NCBI RefSeq assembly: GCF_036321535.1
Contig: NC_087436.1
Location: 39,124,001-39,188,000 of the forward strand
Direction: 5' to 3'
Length of the DNA: 64,000 bases
From: Camelus dromedarius
Taxonomy: Eukaryota
Shown piece after piece: positions 39,170 through 52,420 of the stretch (position 1 is its first letter; each line of letters opens with the position of its first letter). The notes under the pieces were generated by a model that made no database searches, was not told the DNA's origin, and was given only the letters and a program-made list of their open reading frames with translations. The position numbers were made by a program, and so were the translations under genes.

Positions 39170-40262
39170 CTAGCTTTCCCTGATCTGCAATCCCATCCTC
39201 TCTGTATTTCTTCAGAGCATCTTGTACATACTCTCCAGAATGTAAATCCACCAGGACAGGACCTGTGCCTGTCTTGTACACAGCTTTATTCCCAGCACCT
39301 AAAATGGTACCTGATACATAGCAGACATCCAGCAAATATTGCTGAGGGGATATCTAAGTGAATCCACACATGTAAAGGAGGGGGAAATAGTACCTGAGCA
39401 CAATTGCCCGCCTTCTGTAAGGAGAACAGAGAGTGGGTTCTAGACTGCGAGAGGCTCCTTGCCTGAGCACCAGGATGGGTTTAGGCATGAACAAAATGGC
39501 CTGGATTTGAATTGGGGTTTCATGAAAAGAACATAATTACTCTGCACAAGAGACTGCAAGAACATCCCAGGGCTGGAGTGTGGGGGTGGGAGAGCCCACG
39601 GCAGGAGGGATGGCCTTGAGGAGGAGAATCAGGAGGGAGGGAGGCACAAGAGAAGACTGGCACAAGTCCGGGTGCTCCGTGGGGTGAGGCAGACAGATAG
39701 AAAGTTCTGGTGATGGGGGACCTATGCCCTATGCCATTTGAAGTTTATTGCTTTGTTTTCACATGACCTCAAAACTCACAGTTCAAGTTTTGAAACATAT
39801 TATCAGCTTTATTTTCACGATCTCTTTGCGTGGGAAGAGAAGAGGCAGATGGGGGTGGCAGGGAGAATAGAAGAGGAGCTGCATCCCAAGTTTGGGTTAT
39901 GTCAGGACAGAGATAAAGGAACAGCTAAAAGATACAGAGTACATCAGAAAGCAGGAAATCAGAGCACAGCAGACTGCAAATGCAATAGCAATCTTGGAGG
40001 CATGCTTTGGCCTTCAAAAGGACATGAAATGGGAATTTTGTCCTTCTGATCTTCATTAAATAAATCTCAAGGGGCCAGGAAGTCCCAGCTAACACCTGAA
40101 CACAGTATGCATTCTACCATAAAGGGTGATTTTCTTGTCTATAACTCCTTTAGACTATGAATTCCCTGAAGGCAGGGGTTTTCTTATTTGTAAGAGCATC
40201 TGTATCTCCAGAACAGTGTCTAACAGATAGTAGTTACTGTTTGTTGAATGAATATATGAATG
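39170..40262 (+). mobile_element. Two separate L2 3' ends (about 39170-39365 and 40105-40262)
   Basis: 'ccagaatgtaaatccaccaggacaggacc...cccagcacctaaaatggtacctgatacatagcag' and 'tagactatgaattccctgaaggcaggg...tttgttgaatgaat'. Confidence 0.7.
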
Positions 40263-41257
40263 GCTATATCACAGATTTTCTTCATTAAGAACCACTAAAG
40301 ATTAATGAAAAAATCCAATGGGAGAGAGGAACGAAGGAAGAGAGGCAGAAATAGAGATGGGGGGGGGGTTGGGAGGAAGGATGGAGGGAGAGAATAAGAA
40401 TGGAATCCTAATATATAAAACCTGAAGGTTTCCTCAGGTAATGTTTTTTCCTTGTCTCTGATTTAAATAACTCTTACACTCTTAAACTTTTCTTGGCACC
40501 TGCTCCATATTCTAGAATTAGGTTTAATAGAGCCAAAAGCCCAGTAGATGGTCTTCATGGGTAGTCCTCCTCTTATGCAAAGGCCATGTACATCCTGATG
40601 GGCTGCACTCCCATCTCAGCGAGAGGCATCACCTGACCAGTAGTTGAGTAGAAGTAGTTACATTTCCAGGACAGAATGTATCCAGAACTACTCTGGCCTT
40701 TATGCTACAATGAGTTTGCCTGGAGGCAGTACTTAAAGATGAATAACAGATTTTCCAGCTTAATGCAAAGGAAAAAAAAAAGCTTAATGCAAGTTGTTAG
40801 GTAAAATGATTAGGGATATATCTTTGCAATAAAGGTTTTACATACAGACAACGGAATACATCATAGCAACATTTAATAATACTAATTTTTAAAAGTCGAT
40901 TGATCCTCATTTTCCTGTGTATTTGATCTACTGATAGAAAGAATAAGTAAAATCTGATGTTTTAAAAAACTTAAAGATGCAAAACTTAAAAATAAGTATT
41001 GGGACTAGGTCTAAAGACATGAAAATCCAAATGTCGTAAGTTTTCCTTATTATTGCAGATATATTAAGTATTGAAATAGCAGTTACTGATAATACAGATC
41101 AGTAAGTCAGGCAAAATGATTTGTCTGTCAGCTTGTGTGACTATGGCCTTAAACTGGATTAACCCATCTTTGAAATTGTAGATAGGTTTAAAATTTAGTT
41201 TTTTTCCTAGATGAAAATATACTTAAATAGGACAGAAACTACTGTCTGCATACTCAC

Positions 41258-41340
41258 TGCAATGATCTAACAGGATAGATATTTGCCCAGGATGCCTTGT
41301 AAAAAGTATCTGACTTTGGGGGCGAGAATATACACTATCA
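41258..41340 (-). other. Candidate internal exon (83 nt)
   Basis: Acceptor cttctatactatcttcag|, donor GCA|gtgagt, one open frame (DSVYSRPQSQILFTRHPGQISILLDHC). No transcript evidence. Confidence 0.3.
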
Positions 41341-41538
41341 CTGAAGATAGTATAGAAGTGCTTCTTTCTTAGAATCCAATGTAATCATTGAATTCATTCT
41401 CAGATATGTTTAACTCTCATCTTGTACCCTACTTTTAAAAATGTCCTCTGTTTCATTTCTTTTTTCACATGATGGGACAAAATACACCACCACGAGGCAA
41501 GTTCAGCAATGTGTGCCTGCAGTGGAGTTTGTTCTCAC

Positions 41539-41686
41539 CTAATGGCTGCACCCTCAGTTTCACTTGGTCCTCAGTTTATTTGCCCTCAGATTCTGAACAT
41601 TACAGGCAGTTTGCATTCCTCAAGGCCAGGATCATGGCTAACGGGTGGTAGGGAGAAAAGTGCCTGTCATTCTCCAAAGATACGAC
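41539..41686 (-). other. Candidate internal exon (148 nt, stops in all frames)
   Basis: Acceptor cattttgttggcag|, donor TAG|gtgaga, separated from the 83-nt candidate by a 198-nt putative intron. Confidence 0.25.
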
Positions 41687-43119
41687 CTGCCAACAAAATG
41701 TGGATAAGCTCAAGAAATCATTTCCAAACATGGAAACAGGAGTGCATCAGTTTGGGGCAAATGGAAGCTTTTGCCAGTTAATTTTGCCAGTCTCCCTAGC
41801 TGATTTCTCAACCACTCAACACATGATGAAAGAGAACAAAATGACTTCTATTTCCAACACTTTAATCAGTTTTTCCTAATAAGTAAAATAGATAGTAGAA
41901 AAATTAGGGGCCTGAGGATTATCATGAAACCCTTTATGATTATGGAAATTTCATAGCAGAATGAAAATTTTTTTAAAAGGAAGAACTGAATATTTTCATT
42001 ACATTCCCTATTTGTAGGTACTTCTTAGCTAAATTTATTTTTGCATTGCCAGAAAATTTTTAGCTATCTGCTGATTAATGGAAGGAACATGTATCCCCAA
42101 CACAAAAGCATAAAATTCCAAAAATGCATTATCAGTGCTTCCTTTATAAACTGAATATCTTCTGTCATCCCATGGCTGGGGCTTCAGAGACTTTGATTTT
42201 TCTTGTTTTCCTATTACTTTTCTAATCAATTTATTTCTCTATTTACTTTAATAACACTTCTTTCTCCTCTATTCCTCACAGTAGGTTCTCTCAGGGCAAA
42301 TCTTCGGCTTTTCTCTCTGAAAGCAATCCCTCAGTGGGCTCCTCTGCTCTCGGAGACTCATCCATTGCTTCTATGTTGGATGCTTCAAAATCTACAACTG
42401 GTTACCAGTCAAACACTATGTGAAAGTCTGCTCTGTCTTCAAACAGTAGATTCAAAAGTGAAATTACATCTTTTCTACAAACTAGGGCCCAGCTTCTCAT
42501 TCTGTCAGTAGAGTTAAGACTTAAGGTAACATCCAATGAGCTGTATACTAGAAATTGATGAGGGCTTAGACATAAGTCTGCCTTCCTGGTGAGTCACTGC
42601 ATCACTTTTGGGACCAAACAACTGATGGATGGGTTACTTCATTATCTTCTATTGCTTTACATTTGTATGTCAATGAGTTGACGGCTGTTTATCAAGCAGT
42701 GACTCTGTGCCAGGTACTGCTCTAGGTGTAGGCAGACAGCTGTGAACATGAAAGACCTTCAAGGAGACTGCAACTTCAGGGGGAGGAAGCCAACAATAAG
42801 CTCATAAGGAATAAGATGAGTTAAAGTACCAATACGAGCAATGTAGAAGGTAAAAACAGGTTCATGGGATGGAGCAACTGGGCACAGGATGGTGGAGACC
42901 GCTTTTGACGGGGGATGCCTCTCTGAGGAGGTAGTTTTTGAACTGACACCTGAAGAATGAAGACACAGAGATGCAAAGATCTAGGAAAAGCATGTTGCAA
43001 CCCAAAGGGAGAGCGTATTCAGAGGCTCTGAGATGTGGACAAGCTCAGCATATCTGAGGAAGAGCAGAAGGAAATGAAGCAATAGAAGGCAGATACCAGT
43101 TTATGTGGACTCTCCAGGC

Positions 43120-43342
43120 CAGGGTTCCTCAACGTTGGCTCTATTAGCCTTTGGAGCCAGATAATTCTTTGTTGTGGGGGCCTTTTCCATGCAGTGCAGG
43201 GTTGTGTCGCAGCATTCCTGGGCTCTACCCACTCGATGCCAATAGGATCTCCCTAGTAGTGTCGAGCAAAGAATATCTCCAGAAATTGCCAAATGTCTTT
43301 CAGGCTGTAGAGGGCAAAATAGCCTCCAGCTGAGAACGACTG
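43120..43342. mobile_element. MER20 (hAT-Charlie)
   Basis: Full-length match to recalled consensus ('gccagataattctttgttgtggggg', 'tctccagaaattgccaaatgtc'); 8-bp TSD ctccaggc/ctacaggc (7/8). Confidence 0.9.
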
Positions 43343-43883
43343 CTACAGGCCAAGGTATGAAACTTGGGTATTATTCTAAGTGCAATGGGAAGCCAAGAGA
43401 ACATCTTAGGCAGAGAATGATAAGATCTGAGTTACACTGTAGGAAGTTTATGCTGGATTTTGTGGGAAAAGACAAGAGTAGAGGCAGGGAGGAAATTAGA
43501 AGCTGGGGTCAGTGATGATGGGCTAAGATGGTAGCCAAGAGGATTCATCTAGGAATTAGGTGGAGGGTGTTGAGAGGAAGAAAAGTATCAAGCATGATGC
43601 TAAGGTTCTTTGCTGGAGCCAGGAAGTAGTTGGACTTAAGCCCTAAACCTAAGATGGTGTGTCATTTTTTGATGGGGAAGACTTCAAACAGATTTATGAG
43701 TGCAGGGGTTGGAAACCAAGAATTCTGTTGGCCGTATTAAGTTTGAGATGTCCATTAGATATCCAAGTACAAACGTGAGGCAGGCAGTTAGATGTATGAG
43801 TGTGGCACCCAGAGGAGGGTCAGGATTGGAGATTTAAATCTAGAGATGAGATTTGAAGATGAAAGCTACATGGCATTACCTAA

Positions 43884-44357
43884 CTTATTCATTTCCTGTG
43901 GATGCTGCAACAGACTAAGGACAAACTGGTGGCTTAATACAATAGAAATGCATTCTTTCACAGTCTGGAAGCCAGAAGTCCAAAATCAAGGTGTCTCAGG
44001 GGTTGCACTCCCTCTGGAGACTCCAGGGGAGAGTCCATTCCTCACTTCTAGCTTCTGAGGGCTGCCAGTAATCCTTCACTTGTGTTGTGACCTTGTGGCC
44101 ACAACTCTGCAAGCTCCACCTCTTTGGTCACATTGCCTCCTCCTCCTCTCTCTGTCAAATCTCCCCTGTGTTTCTCTTATGAGGACACTTGTCATTGGAT
44201 ATAAGACCAACCTGAATAATCCAGGATGATCTCTTCATCTCAGATTCCTTAACTTAACTACAACTGCAAAGACCTCTTTTCCAAAATGAGGTAATACAAC
44301 TTCTGGAAATTAGGATGTTGACATACCTCTTTGGGGGCCACCATTCAACCCACTACA
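43884..44357 (-). mobile_element. MLT1C-like MaLR solo LTR
   Basis: Minus strand begins TGTAGTGGGTTGAATGGTGGCCCCCAAAG; 'gccagaagtccaaaatcaaggtgtc' motif; 5-bp TSD cctaa/cctag. Confidence 0.88.
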
Positions 44358-45322
44358 CCTAGGGAGAGAGTGTAGATAGAGAAGATAAAAGGCTTCCTCC
44401 AAGGCCAACACTCCAAGGGTAGTGCCTTGGAGACTCCAGCACATAGAAGTTGGTAGAGGACGAGGAGCTAGGAAAGAACGGCTGGGCAGTGCAGAGGTCA
44501 CAGACAACTAGAGAGAGAGCCTGGGGTTTGTGTTTCTTTTCTATCTCTCATGTTTCTTTGCACCAGATTTGGCTCAGAGTAAGTTTAAGAGATACTCCTT
44601 GAATTGAAATGAATGTTCATAGCGATCTTCTTAAAAAAAGCACATTGTCCATTCCATTAAACTGCCTTGAGATTGTTGGGAAAACTCAGGGGTAATCACC
44701 CACACATTTATTGCTTCAGGTGAGCACATGGAAAAACAGAAGGGGAAAAAAGCTTTTATTTTGTGCCAAGCTTTTACTATAAAAGCAACCATCTTTCTTC
44801 TTTTAATTCTTCATTCCCAAGGCACAAAGGACTAACATTTGAAACCTATTTAGCAAATTCTTTGGAACTTGCTGCAAACTTCCAAAGTTAAATTTAGGAT
44901 TCAAACCACTGTGATTGGTCAGTGAAGTGAAAGGGATGGAGAGTGATGATTCAAGGAAACTGATTTCCTCTGAAGCCCTGATATGGTAATGGGAAATGTA
45001 TCTTCACTCCTGGGGAACATATATTCATTGTCTTTTCATAGAAATAATAGTTTCAGTGTTACCAATAACTTTTTAGGCATTTCAGCTTTACTTACTAATG
45101 AACAAATAGATCCTAAAACCCTTTGAATAGAAATATATCATGTAAGGCTAAAAGGTCATCTGTCTTAAAACATAAAAATTGATAAACTTGGAGAAACACA
45201 TTTTAAATCAAAGTAAAACTGAATGTGTGACTTCATAATGCAGGAACATGGAGCCTTTCACTTCCCCCCAGGTGCGGCTCCCTTACTGGCTGGCCGGGCA
45301 CTCTAGGTCTTAACCTGCAAAA

Positions 45323-45336
45323 ACGCTAGGGGGAGC
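45323..45336 (+). promoter_or_regulatory. Candidate CTCF site
   Basis: ACGCTAGGGGGAGC core in a small GC/CpG-retaining patch of unique DNA. Motif match only. Confidence 0.45.
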
Positions 45337-46249
45337 AATCTGAGTTCTGCTTTTCTTCTAATGAATTCATTGCTTCCAGGAGGGAAGCAATGACTGAAGC
45401 AGTCTGTTTCCTGAGATGGCTGAAGACTGCAAGAGGAGGTGCGAAGAATGTTCTATAGCTTCCCTCGGCTCACACAGCTGTGGACAAGTCGTAGGGCAGG
45501 GCGACTGGGGATCCTCCTCTCCTCCGCTGGAGATGGATTCAGTACTTACAGTCTTGTACTTTTCACCCTCTCTCCTCCATTGCCCCCTCTCACTCCTACC
45601 TGCCACAGAGTCCTAAGGGGTAAACAAAATTATGAAAGACTGAGACCTGCTTGTCTAGGACCTGATACCTCCCAAGCAAATACAAAATCTACTAAATAAT
45701 GGAACAGTTAGTTAACTGAGTGTACAAAATTGAAGAAAAGCATATATTTTATCCTTAAAATTGGAAGATTTAAAGTAATAGGACATGTCTCAAAGTCTTT
45801 GAGGTTAAATTTCACTTGTGCTTTTCCCCTTGTCAACCACCCTTCCCTCCCGCTGACCCCACAACTGTACACACACATATATCCAGGCCAATATTCTGAC
45901 TTAAGTAAGTATTTGGATGGGTAATGCTGACTAATGGAAACATAACAAACCATATGTTTTTCTGAGGTGTGAGAAGGATGAAAATAATACCTACTATTCA
46001 AGAATGCTAAGAGTAAACTGCAAAATGCCTTGAAAAAGAAAAGTTCAGGCAGGAAAAGTGTCAGAGAATTGCTCAGGCTAAGAAATGATGCACGACTTGC
46101 CAAAAGTCGAAAGTTCAACAAGGAGCTCTTTGATGTGACTAGAGAGTTAGCTCATCTCTGCATTGTGTTCACTGCATAAGTGGAGGGGTATTTTGGCAAG
46201 AAAAGTGGCAGCAGATTCTTGGCTTTTCCCATCAGGCTCTGACAGGAAT

Positions 46250-46775
46250 GAACAGCCCTGGGTTCCAGTGCGGGCTCTGTGACCTCATTTTGTGACTGAA
46301 ACAAGTCCTTGCCCTCTTCTAATGCCCTCTTTCTCCATCTGCAAAATAAGAGCAATAACAAATACACTGACTCATTCGCAGGTTTGTTGTGAGAATAACA
46401 TGTATTAGCAGACATGGAACGGCTTTGAAAAAATTTAAAGATGCAAGTCATTTTATCGTATAGTAAAAGAATCAGGATTGAGACCTTCTAACACTACTCT
46501 GGCTTCATAATCAACTAGGATAATCACCATTCTTTCCGTCGGACCTCCTTAAATAATAATTAGAGTAGCTACCATGTATTTAGTGTGTCACATGAACAGA
46601 GCATTTAACGATAATCTTTGATATAGAATTATTACTTCCATCTTCACAGATGACAAAAATAAAGTCCAGAGGGATTAATTGGCTTTCCAAATCACAATTC
46701 TGATAAACGGAGGAGCCGGGGTTTGAATCCAGACCTGATTCCCAAGCGCATATTCTTCAATACTAGGTCATACAG
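46250..46775. mobile_element. Two MIRs (plus about 46250-46455, minus about 46552-46775)
   Basis: 'ctgggttccagtgcgggctctg...tttctccatctgcaaaataag' and 'ccatcttcacagatgacaaaaataaagtccagagggattaa'. Confidence 0.75.
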
Positions 46776-47374
46776 AATGAAGACCAGAGAGATGTGAAAC
46801 ATGGCTCCTGGCTGCATGGGTGGGTGTATTGATGGACCCAAGCCTTCTTCTCTTCACTAATTCTCAAGAGCCTTTCAAATCAGCAGCACTTACTAGGTCC
46901 CTGCATTTGCGGGGAATGGATTTTCCAAATAAAGACCCCAGTTTCAAAGAGCCATTACATGGATCAAATTTGCCAGGACACTCTAGGGATTTGTTGTGTG
47001 ATTGATTCATAAGCTTCTTATCACCATCTCACCTTCCAGCATCTACTCTCTATGTGTCTAAAGAAAAGGAAATTAGAACTAAGATCACCTTAGCCCTACA
47101 GTTCAGAAAACATTTTACTGTGAGTTACACTTGCCTCCACCTCTCCCACCAAGCTTCCTCCCTGTTGTTTTGTTATGAGTGCTCAATAAGCATTATTGAT
47201 TGGCTGTCTAAATAAGAACTGATTTGCCCAATAAGGAATAATTTTTGTGTTGACAAAATTAAAATAAGTTGACAGAATGAAGTTGGGGCCACTACATATA
47301 CACTGTGTAATGTGAGTGTGCCAGTGCTGGCTCAGTGACTTTTTTCTACGTTCGCATTCTTTTCCTCCCTTCAG

Positions 47375-48480
47375 CTCCTGGAACTGTTGACCATAGTTTA
47401 CTTCTTTAAACCACTTCCTTCCTTGGCTTCCACAAAGCTTACACCATCCTGATGCTCCACATCTTCTACTTTAATAACTGCATCTTCTCAATTTCCTTCA
47501 TGAACTTTCCTTCTACTTCCTAGTCCTCTCCCATGGATATTACCTAAAGCTTTATCAGTCCCCTAGTCTCTCTTCAAAATCAGTCCCCCTCTATGAGATG
47601 GCTTCTAAATCTGTCTTCAAATCCCTAATCTCTCTCTTCATTTCCAGTTTGTTTCTACTTTTCATTTGGATTCCATCTTACTCTGTGTTTCCCAGGTTAA
47701 AACCCTTTGAAATAATCTTTGATGTTTTCCCCTTAGGTTTCCATAACAATTCAGACAATTCCTACTCATATTTCCTTAGTACTAGTTCTAGAATTTATGC
47801 CTTCCTTTTTATTTATTTAAAACATATCTGTTGAATTCCAGGCCCTCATCTTGAAAAATGCACAAACTTCTGAGCAAGGCCCTGCTTCCTTTTTCTTATC
47901 CGTTCATTTCTTGCACATGGTTGCCAGATTAATATTCCCCAAATACTTTTTTTTACTTTCCCACTCTTGCTCTTGACCTCTTAAGACAACTCAGCTTTAT
48001 CTATGAAATGAAGTCCAAATTCTTTGCCTGACAGTCACATCCTTGTAACATCTGGATTTAAGCAACCTTTCAGAAACACACCTCCTATTTTTCTCGGCTT
48101 AAACTTGTTGCTTTGGGTAGACGGGTCTTCTTACTGCTCCCCTATAACAATGCTTTGTGCATTTTGATCTCCGAATATTGGCTCAAGCCCTTCCTCTCAC
48201 CCAGAATGCCTTCTGTTCTCTGCTTCTCTCATCCAATTCTTCCAGTTAAAAAGGCCTAATTCTTCAATTCTTCTCTTCCTGAGAAGCTTCTCCTGGTTAC
48301 CTTGGTCCACAGTAAAACAGGTGGGGGAAACACATCCTCTGTATCTGCAGCCTCAGAGCCCAAGCACCATCTAAGCACATGCTATTGTGAGACATTTCAT
48401 ATTGTGGAATTGAGTGATCATTTAGCTTCTCATATGTGAATATTTACACTTCCCATTATGTTGTAACTTCTCTGAGGACA
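47375..48480 (+). mobile_element. Long decayed L2 (RT region to 3' end)
   Basis: 'actgttgaccat...cttccttggcttcca', 'ggttgccagattaatattc', 'atgaagtccaaattcttt', 'cccagaatgccttc'. Confidence 0.7.
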
Positions 48481-48481
48481 G

Positions 48482-48713
48482 GGCAGTTTGGCATGGTGGT
48501 AAAGAGCATGAAATCTGGAGCCAGACTGTCTGGGTTCAGGTCATCACTACTATCTGTGTGATCTTGGGCAATGTATTTTATTACACCTCAGTTTCCTCAT
48601 CTGAAAAAATGATAATATTATACTTCCCTCATAGGATTAAGTGAGTTAATACGTGTAAGATGCTTAGGCAGTGCCTGGCACATAGTAAGTATTTTATAAG
48701 TGTTAGTAATTAT
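48482..48713 (+). mobile_element. MIR, near full length
   Basis: 'gcatggtggtaaagagcatg...ctggagccagactgtctgggttc...cctcagtttcctcatctg...agtgcctggcacatagtaagt'. Confidence 0.9.
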
Positions 48714-50384
48714 TCTTTGTTACATATTTCCCTGTGTAAAGCTATAGATAAGGAAAGATAGATGCACACATATCAATATATATATATATCCACATACTAT
48801 ATCTACATCTATATGTATATATATCTATATCTGGAAAGACAGTTGATCAACTAACCAGTTAATATGGGAAGTGTGGAAATACCATCTATTTCAAGGATAT
48901 ATATGTTTCTCTCTAGCTCAGTTTTATGCCTGAATACTGCCTAGAGTTCCTTCAGCTGCTCTTTCTTTTCCTGACTGCATGTGACTGTTCTTCTGAGACA
49001 GAGAGATGGGCAACAAACTTAATTTCAGTCAAGACTTTGACCAGAATAGAAATGCCCTTTTTTAGTTGAGCATCCTTTCACTTTTGAGACATACATATTC
49101 CCTAGATGGCAATGACAAGTCTATATAAAAGGGTGCTTTGTGTTACGACTTGTATTTAGTTTGGAAATACGCTCTAGGACTTTCCCCCATGAATAATCTT
49201 CCTGAAGTTAAAAAAAAAAGAGGGGGAGGGGTGGGAAACGTTGTTGAACTTTTGAAGACATTCAAGGCACATCTGTAAGCAAATTGCCTTCTTTTGTTTT
49301 AAAAGATGTATACAGACTGTCAAATATGATCATATCAAAGTTCATATACTTCAATATTTTTAAAATCTGAAATTAAAATGTGATTTTATAACACAGTAAA
49401 ATCTACATCAGAATAAATGCATAAGTAATTGGTAATGCTAAGGAGAAGTTAGGGGCAGAATCTGAAGAGAGAGCTGTAGACACCATGTAGGCAGATGTGG
49501 GCCAGGAGGGCAGAGATGGACAAGGACCTGAGCAGGAATCTCGACCTTCTGGGAGAGGAGAAAGGAACACAGGCTCTGCTCCACCTTATTGCATTCTGAC
49601 GCATTCCTCATCCAGCCCAGAGGAGTCCAGTCTTGTTAGAGAAAAATTCATTCAAGAGGACCACAAGAGATCAGTATCTCTGACTCTTCTTGGAGCTCAT
49701 CAATACTCAATTTCATGCTGGCTTATGATCTTCACTTTGGTGGTCTTTGGCAGTCTATATTAATTCCTAGGAATCTATAATAAGCAGGGTGATTTTGCAA
49801 TTATAAATGCAAATTATGAAAATATGACAATATATATTTTATATGGCACAAAATATTGAGAGCTTCATGGTGTGCATAATAATGAGCAATTTTTTGATTT
49901 TCAAAAGGAATGGCTACAATTGGAAAAAGGCTGGGTCCTGCAGAGTCTCTCCTGTTCTTGTCTGAAGTTGATACTAACACTCATTTCTGAGAACTCTATG
50001 CCTTTGGTCATTAATTAATCCATTCAAATAATCAATGAATAATGAACATCTATCCTGTCCCAATGTGATGAATCCAATGAAAGAAGTATAGGGTATTGTA
50101 GAACTTTAGAAACAAGGGCATACTCATTAAAACCTTCAAATTAGAATCAATGCTAGTAAACTTGTTTCATTTTCTCTAAACTTTCAATGTAGTTTGGAGG
50201 AATCAACCAAACGTTATAGCTGAAATGAATAATGTGTTTAAACTCATGTGTGAGGGTTAAAAAAGGGTTGTCTTACTATCCTTTATTACACGTCCATTAA
50301 GTGAAGTTCCAAGGCCACTCATTGGTTACACTAATGGAACTACAATCTTGTTTTCTTTCTTTTCACATTAGATTCTTTTTAAGG

Positions 50385-50640
50385 GGAGGCAGAAGGACTT
50401 ATTTAAAGGAAAGAATGTGGGCTTTGCAGGTTAGAATCCTGACTTTACTAGTTTCAATCTGTATGTGTAACTTTAGGAAAATTACTCAACCTCTCTGAGC
50501 TTCAGTTTTCTCTTTTATCAAATTAGGATAATGATCTTTCCCTCTGGGGTTGTTCTAGGATTAGAAACAAAGCTTTATAAAGCACCTGGCACAGGGCCTG
50601 ACACATAAAGCACTTGATTAATGGTGTATTTTAGTATCAT
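50385..50640 (+). mobile_element. MIR
   Basis: 'aacctctctgagcttcagttttctc...aaagcacctggcacagggcctgacacataa'. Confidence 0.85.
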
Positions 50641-51629
50641 TGCTGAAAGCTACCAAACTCTCTTTTGTTGACCTGTATGTGTAATAATGAGAATGTGCTT
50701 AATTGTTCTGTCTGGAAAGATGAATTAAATACCATCCAGTGTGATCAACTAAAATGCCAACAAGAACAACTGAATAGTAAGATTTAATACTTGTGTTTAC
50801 AGATTGCTATTACATTATTTCTGGCATTTTCACCAATCTAGTCTTACTGAAATGAAATTTGAGAATCTTATATAAAATCAATGAGTTCATTCAGAATACA
50901 CAATTACAAGTAACTCAGATTCAGGCGGAACATCCCCTTTTCTCATAAATTAAAAAGTTTATTCATAATATCTAAATCAACATTTAATGGAAAACAAAAA
51001 AAAAGTTTAGTGTTGAGTATTATATAAGAGAAAAAAGATTAAAAAGAGAGCTATTTCATGAAATTCAATATCAGAAGAAGGCATAATCTGTATGTGATAA
51101 ATGAAGTCTTGGTGAATTTATCTCTTTCTATGTAAAATGCCTATGCTCTGGCTGGGCATCTTGCCTACATTAACTGTAATCTATCTTCATAATAATCCTC
51201 ACAGTAGTGTAAGGGGCTTTCCGTCCCACTTCTGGTTTTTCCAGGGTGAGGAGGTGGGGACCTATTGTCTCCTCTTTACCACTCCTCACTCACTCTTGGA
51301 GGAGGAGGGCCTTGCCTGGTGGTTGAGTCTGGCAGGAGGTCCTGAGCAAGCCTAGGGGACCTCTTGCTCTTCCCCCTTCAGAAGACCCTTTACTCAGGAT
51401 CTGTTCTCAGTTAGTACACGTGCTAAGTTGAGAAGAGTGGGCTCTCCCAGCTTTGCCTGGGCCTGAGTGGGGAAGTTTAATGCTGAGGTAAAATATTAAG
51501 AAGCTCATTATGGCTGTACATCTTGGCTACATCCTCAAACTGGGCTTAATTTCATTTAAAATTTTTTACATTTAAATCTTCTGTTTCCCATGTTTTGCTC
51601 CTCAATTGTTTCCAATCTCAAGAACAGAT

Positions 51630-51770
51630 ATAATTTACATTTTATGATGAAAAAACTCATGTTTGGAGAAGTAACATATGTAGCCCAAGGTTACACAGTA
51701 AACAGCTCAGTTAGAATTCCAACCCTGGCCTAGATGACTGCATAGTCTAGTTTCTTTTCAGAGTGAAACA
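51630..51770 (-). mobile_element. MIR fragment
   Basis: 'attttatgatgaaaaaact...gcccaaggttacacag...gaattccaaccctgg'. Confidence 0.65.
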
Positions 51771-52249
51771 TTGCCTTCTTTTTGCTGAACAGTAAAAATA
51801 ACATGACAGCAATAATAAAACTCCTGGTCCAATTTGGAAGCTATATATTTTCACTCTTGGGTCCCAACAAACTTGCTGTCTCTCCATGTACTGTATTGCC
51901 TGGTAACAGAAAGTATCTGCTCTGAACTTGCATTGTTACATAGTGTCTCTGCACAAACTAAGCACAAAGAGAAGTAAGATCGGAGACAGAATTAATTAGG
52001 CCATAATGTCAGTCAAATCCTCCCTCCTCCAGCTCCCTCCCAAAAGATCTCACTGTTTAGGAAGGATGATTTTTCTCAATTTATGCACACAAATGCATGA
52101 AGACTTGAACAACTTTATACTTGGGTAAAACTTTCTATTTATGTAGAAATGGACCTTAATAATGCCTGGTTACATTATTTGCACATTTGAATATCTTCCT
52201 CCTTTTCCACAATTTGTATAACGGTTCTGACTTTCAGGGACACAACCCT

Positions 52250-52420
52250 ATATTAACTATATTTAACTACATTAACTTTATTTTATTATTTCCTGTATTC
52301 TTGGTGCTCTGACATCTGGGACCTCACTGACTGGAGAGACACTGCCTTTCTCAGGTTAGATAATTCCTAGAGATAATAACTTGCTTTTCTTTTGAGCACA
52401 CCTTTGATGCAAACCGACCA
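52250..52420 (+). mobile_element. MER74-like ERVL LTR, 5' fragment
   Basis: 'ctgtattcttggtgctctgacatctggg...aattcctagagata...atgcaaacc' parallels the fuller copy at 59301. Confidence 0.65.

Larger units (their letters stand above)
42660..44520 (-). mobile_element. L2 element interrupted by MER20 and MLT1
   Basis: From the 3' end 'tttatcaagcagtgactctgtgccaggtactgctctagg' through 'attctaagtgcaatgggaagcc' and 'gtttgagatgtccattagatatccaagt' to 'agggagagagtgtagatagagaag'. Confidence 0.85.

Noticed and set aside
41258..41340. Peptide FTRHPGQISILLDHC loosely recalls a CATSPERE segment
   Set aside because: The resemblance is from memory over about 15 residues, neighbouring segments do not match, and a true ortholog would be far more similar. 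No gene symbol assigned.
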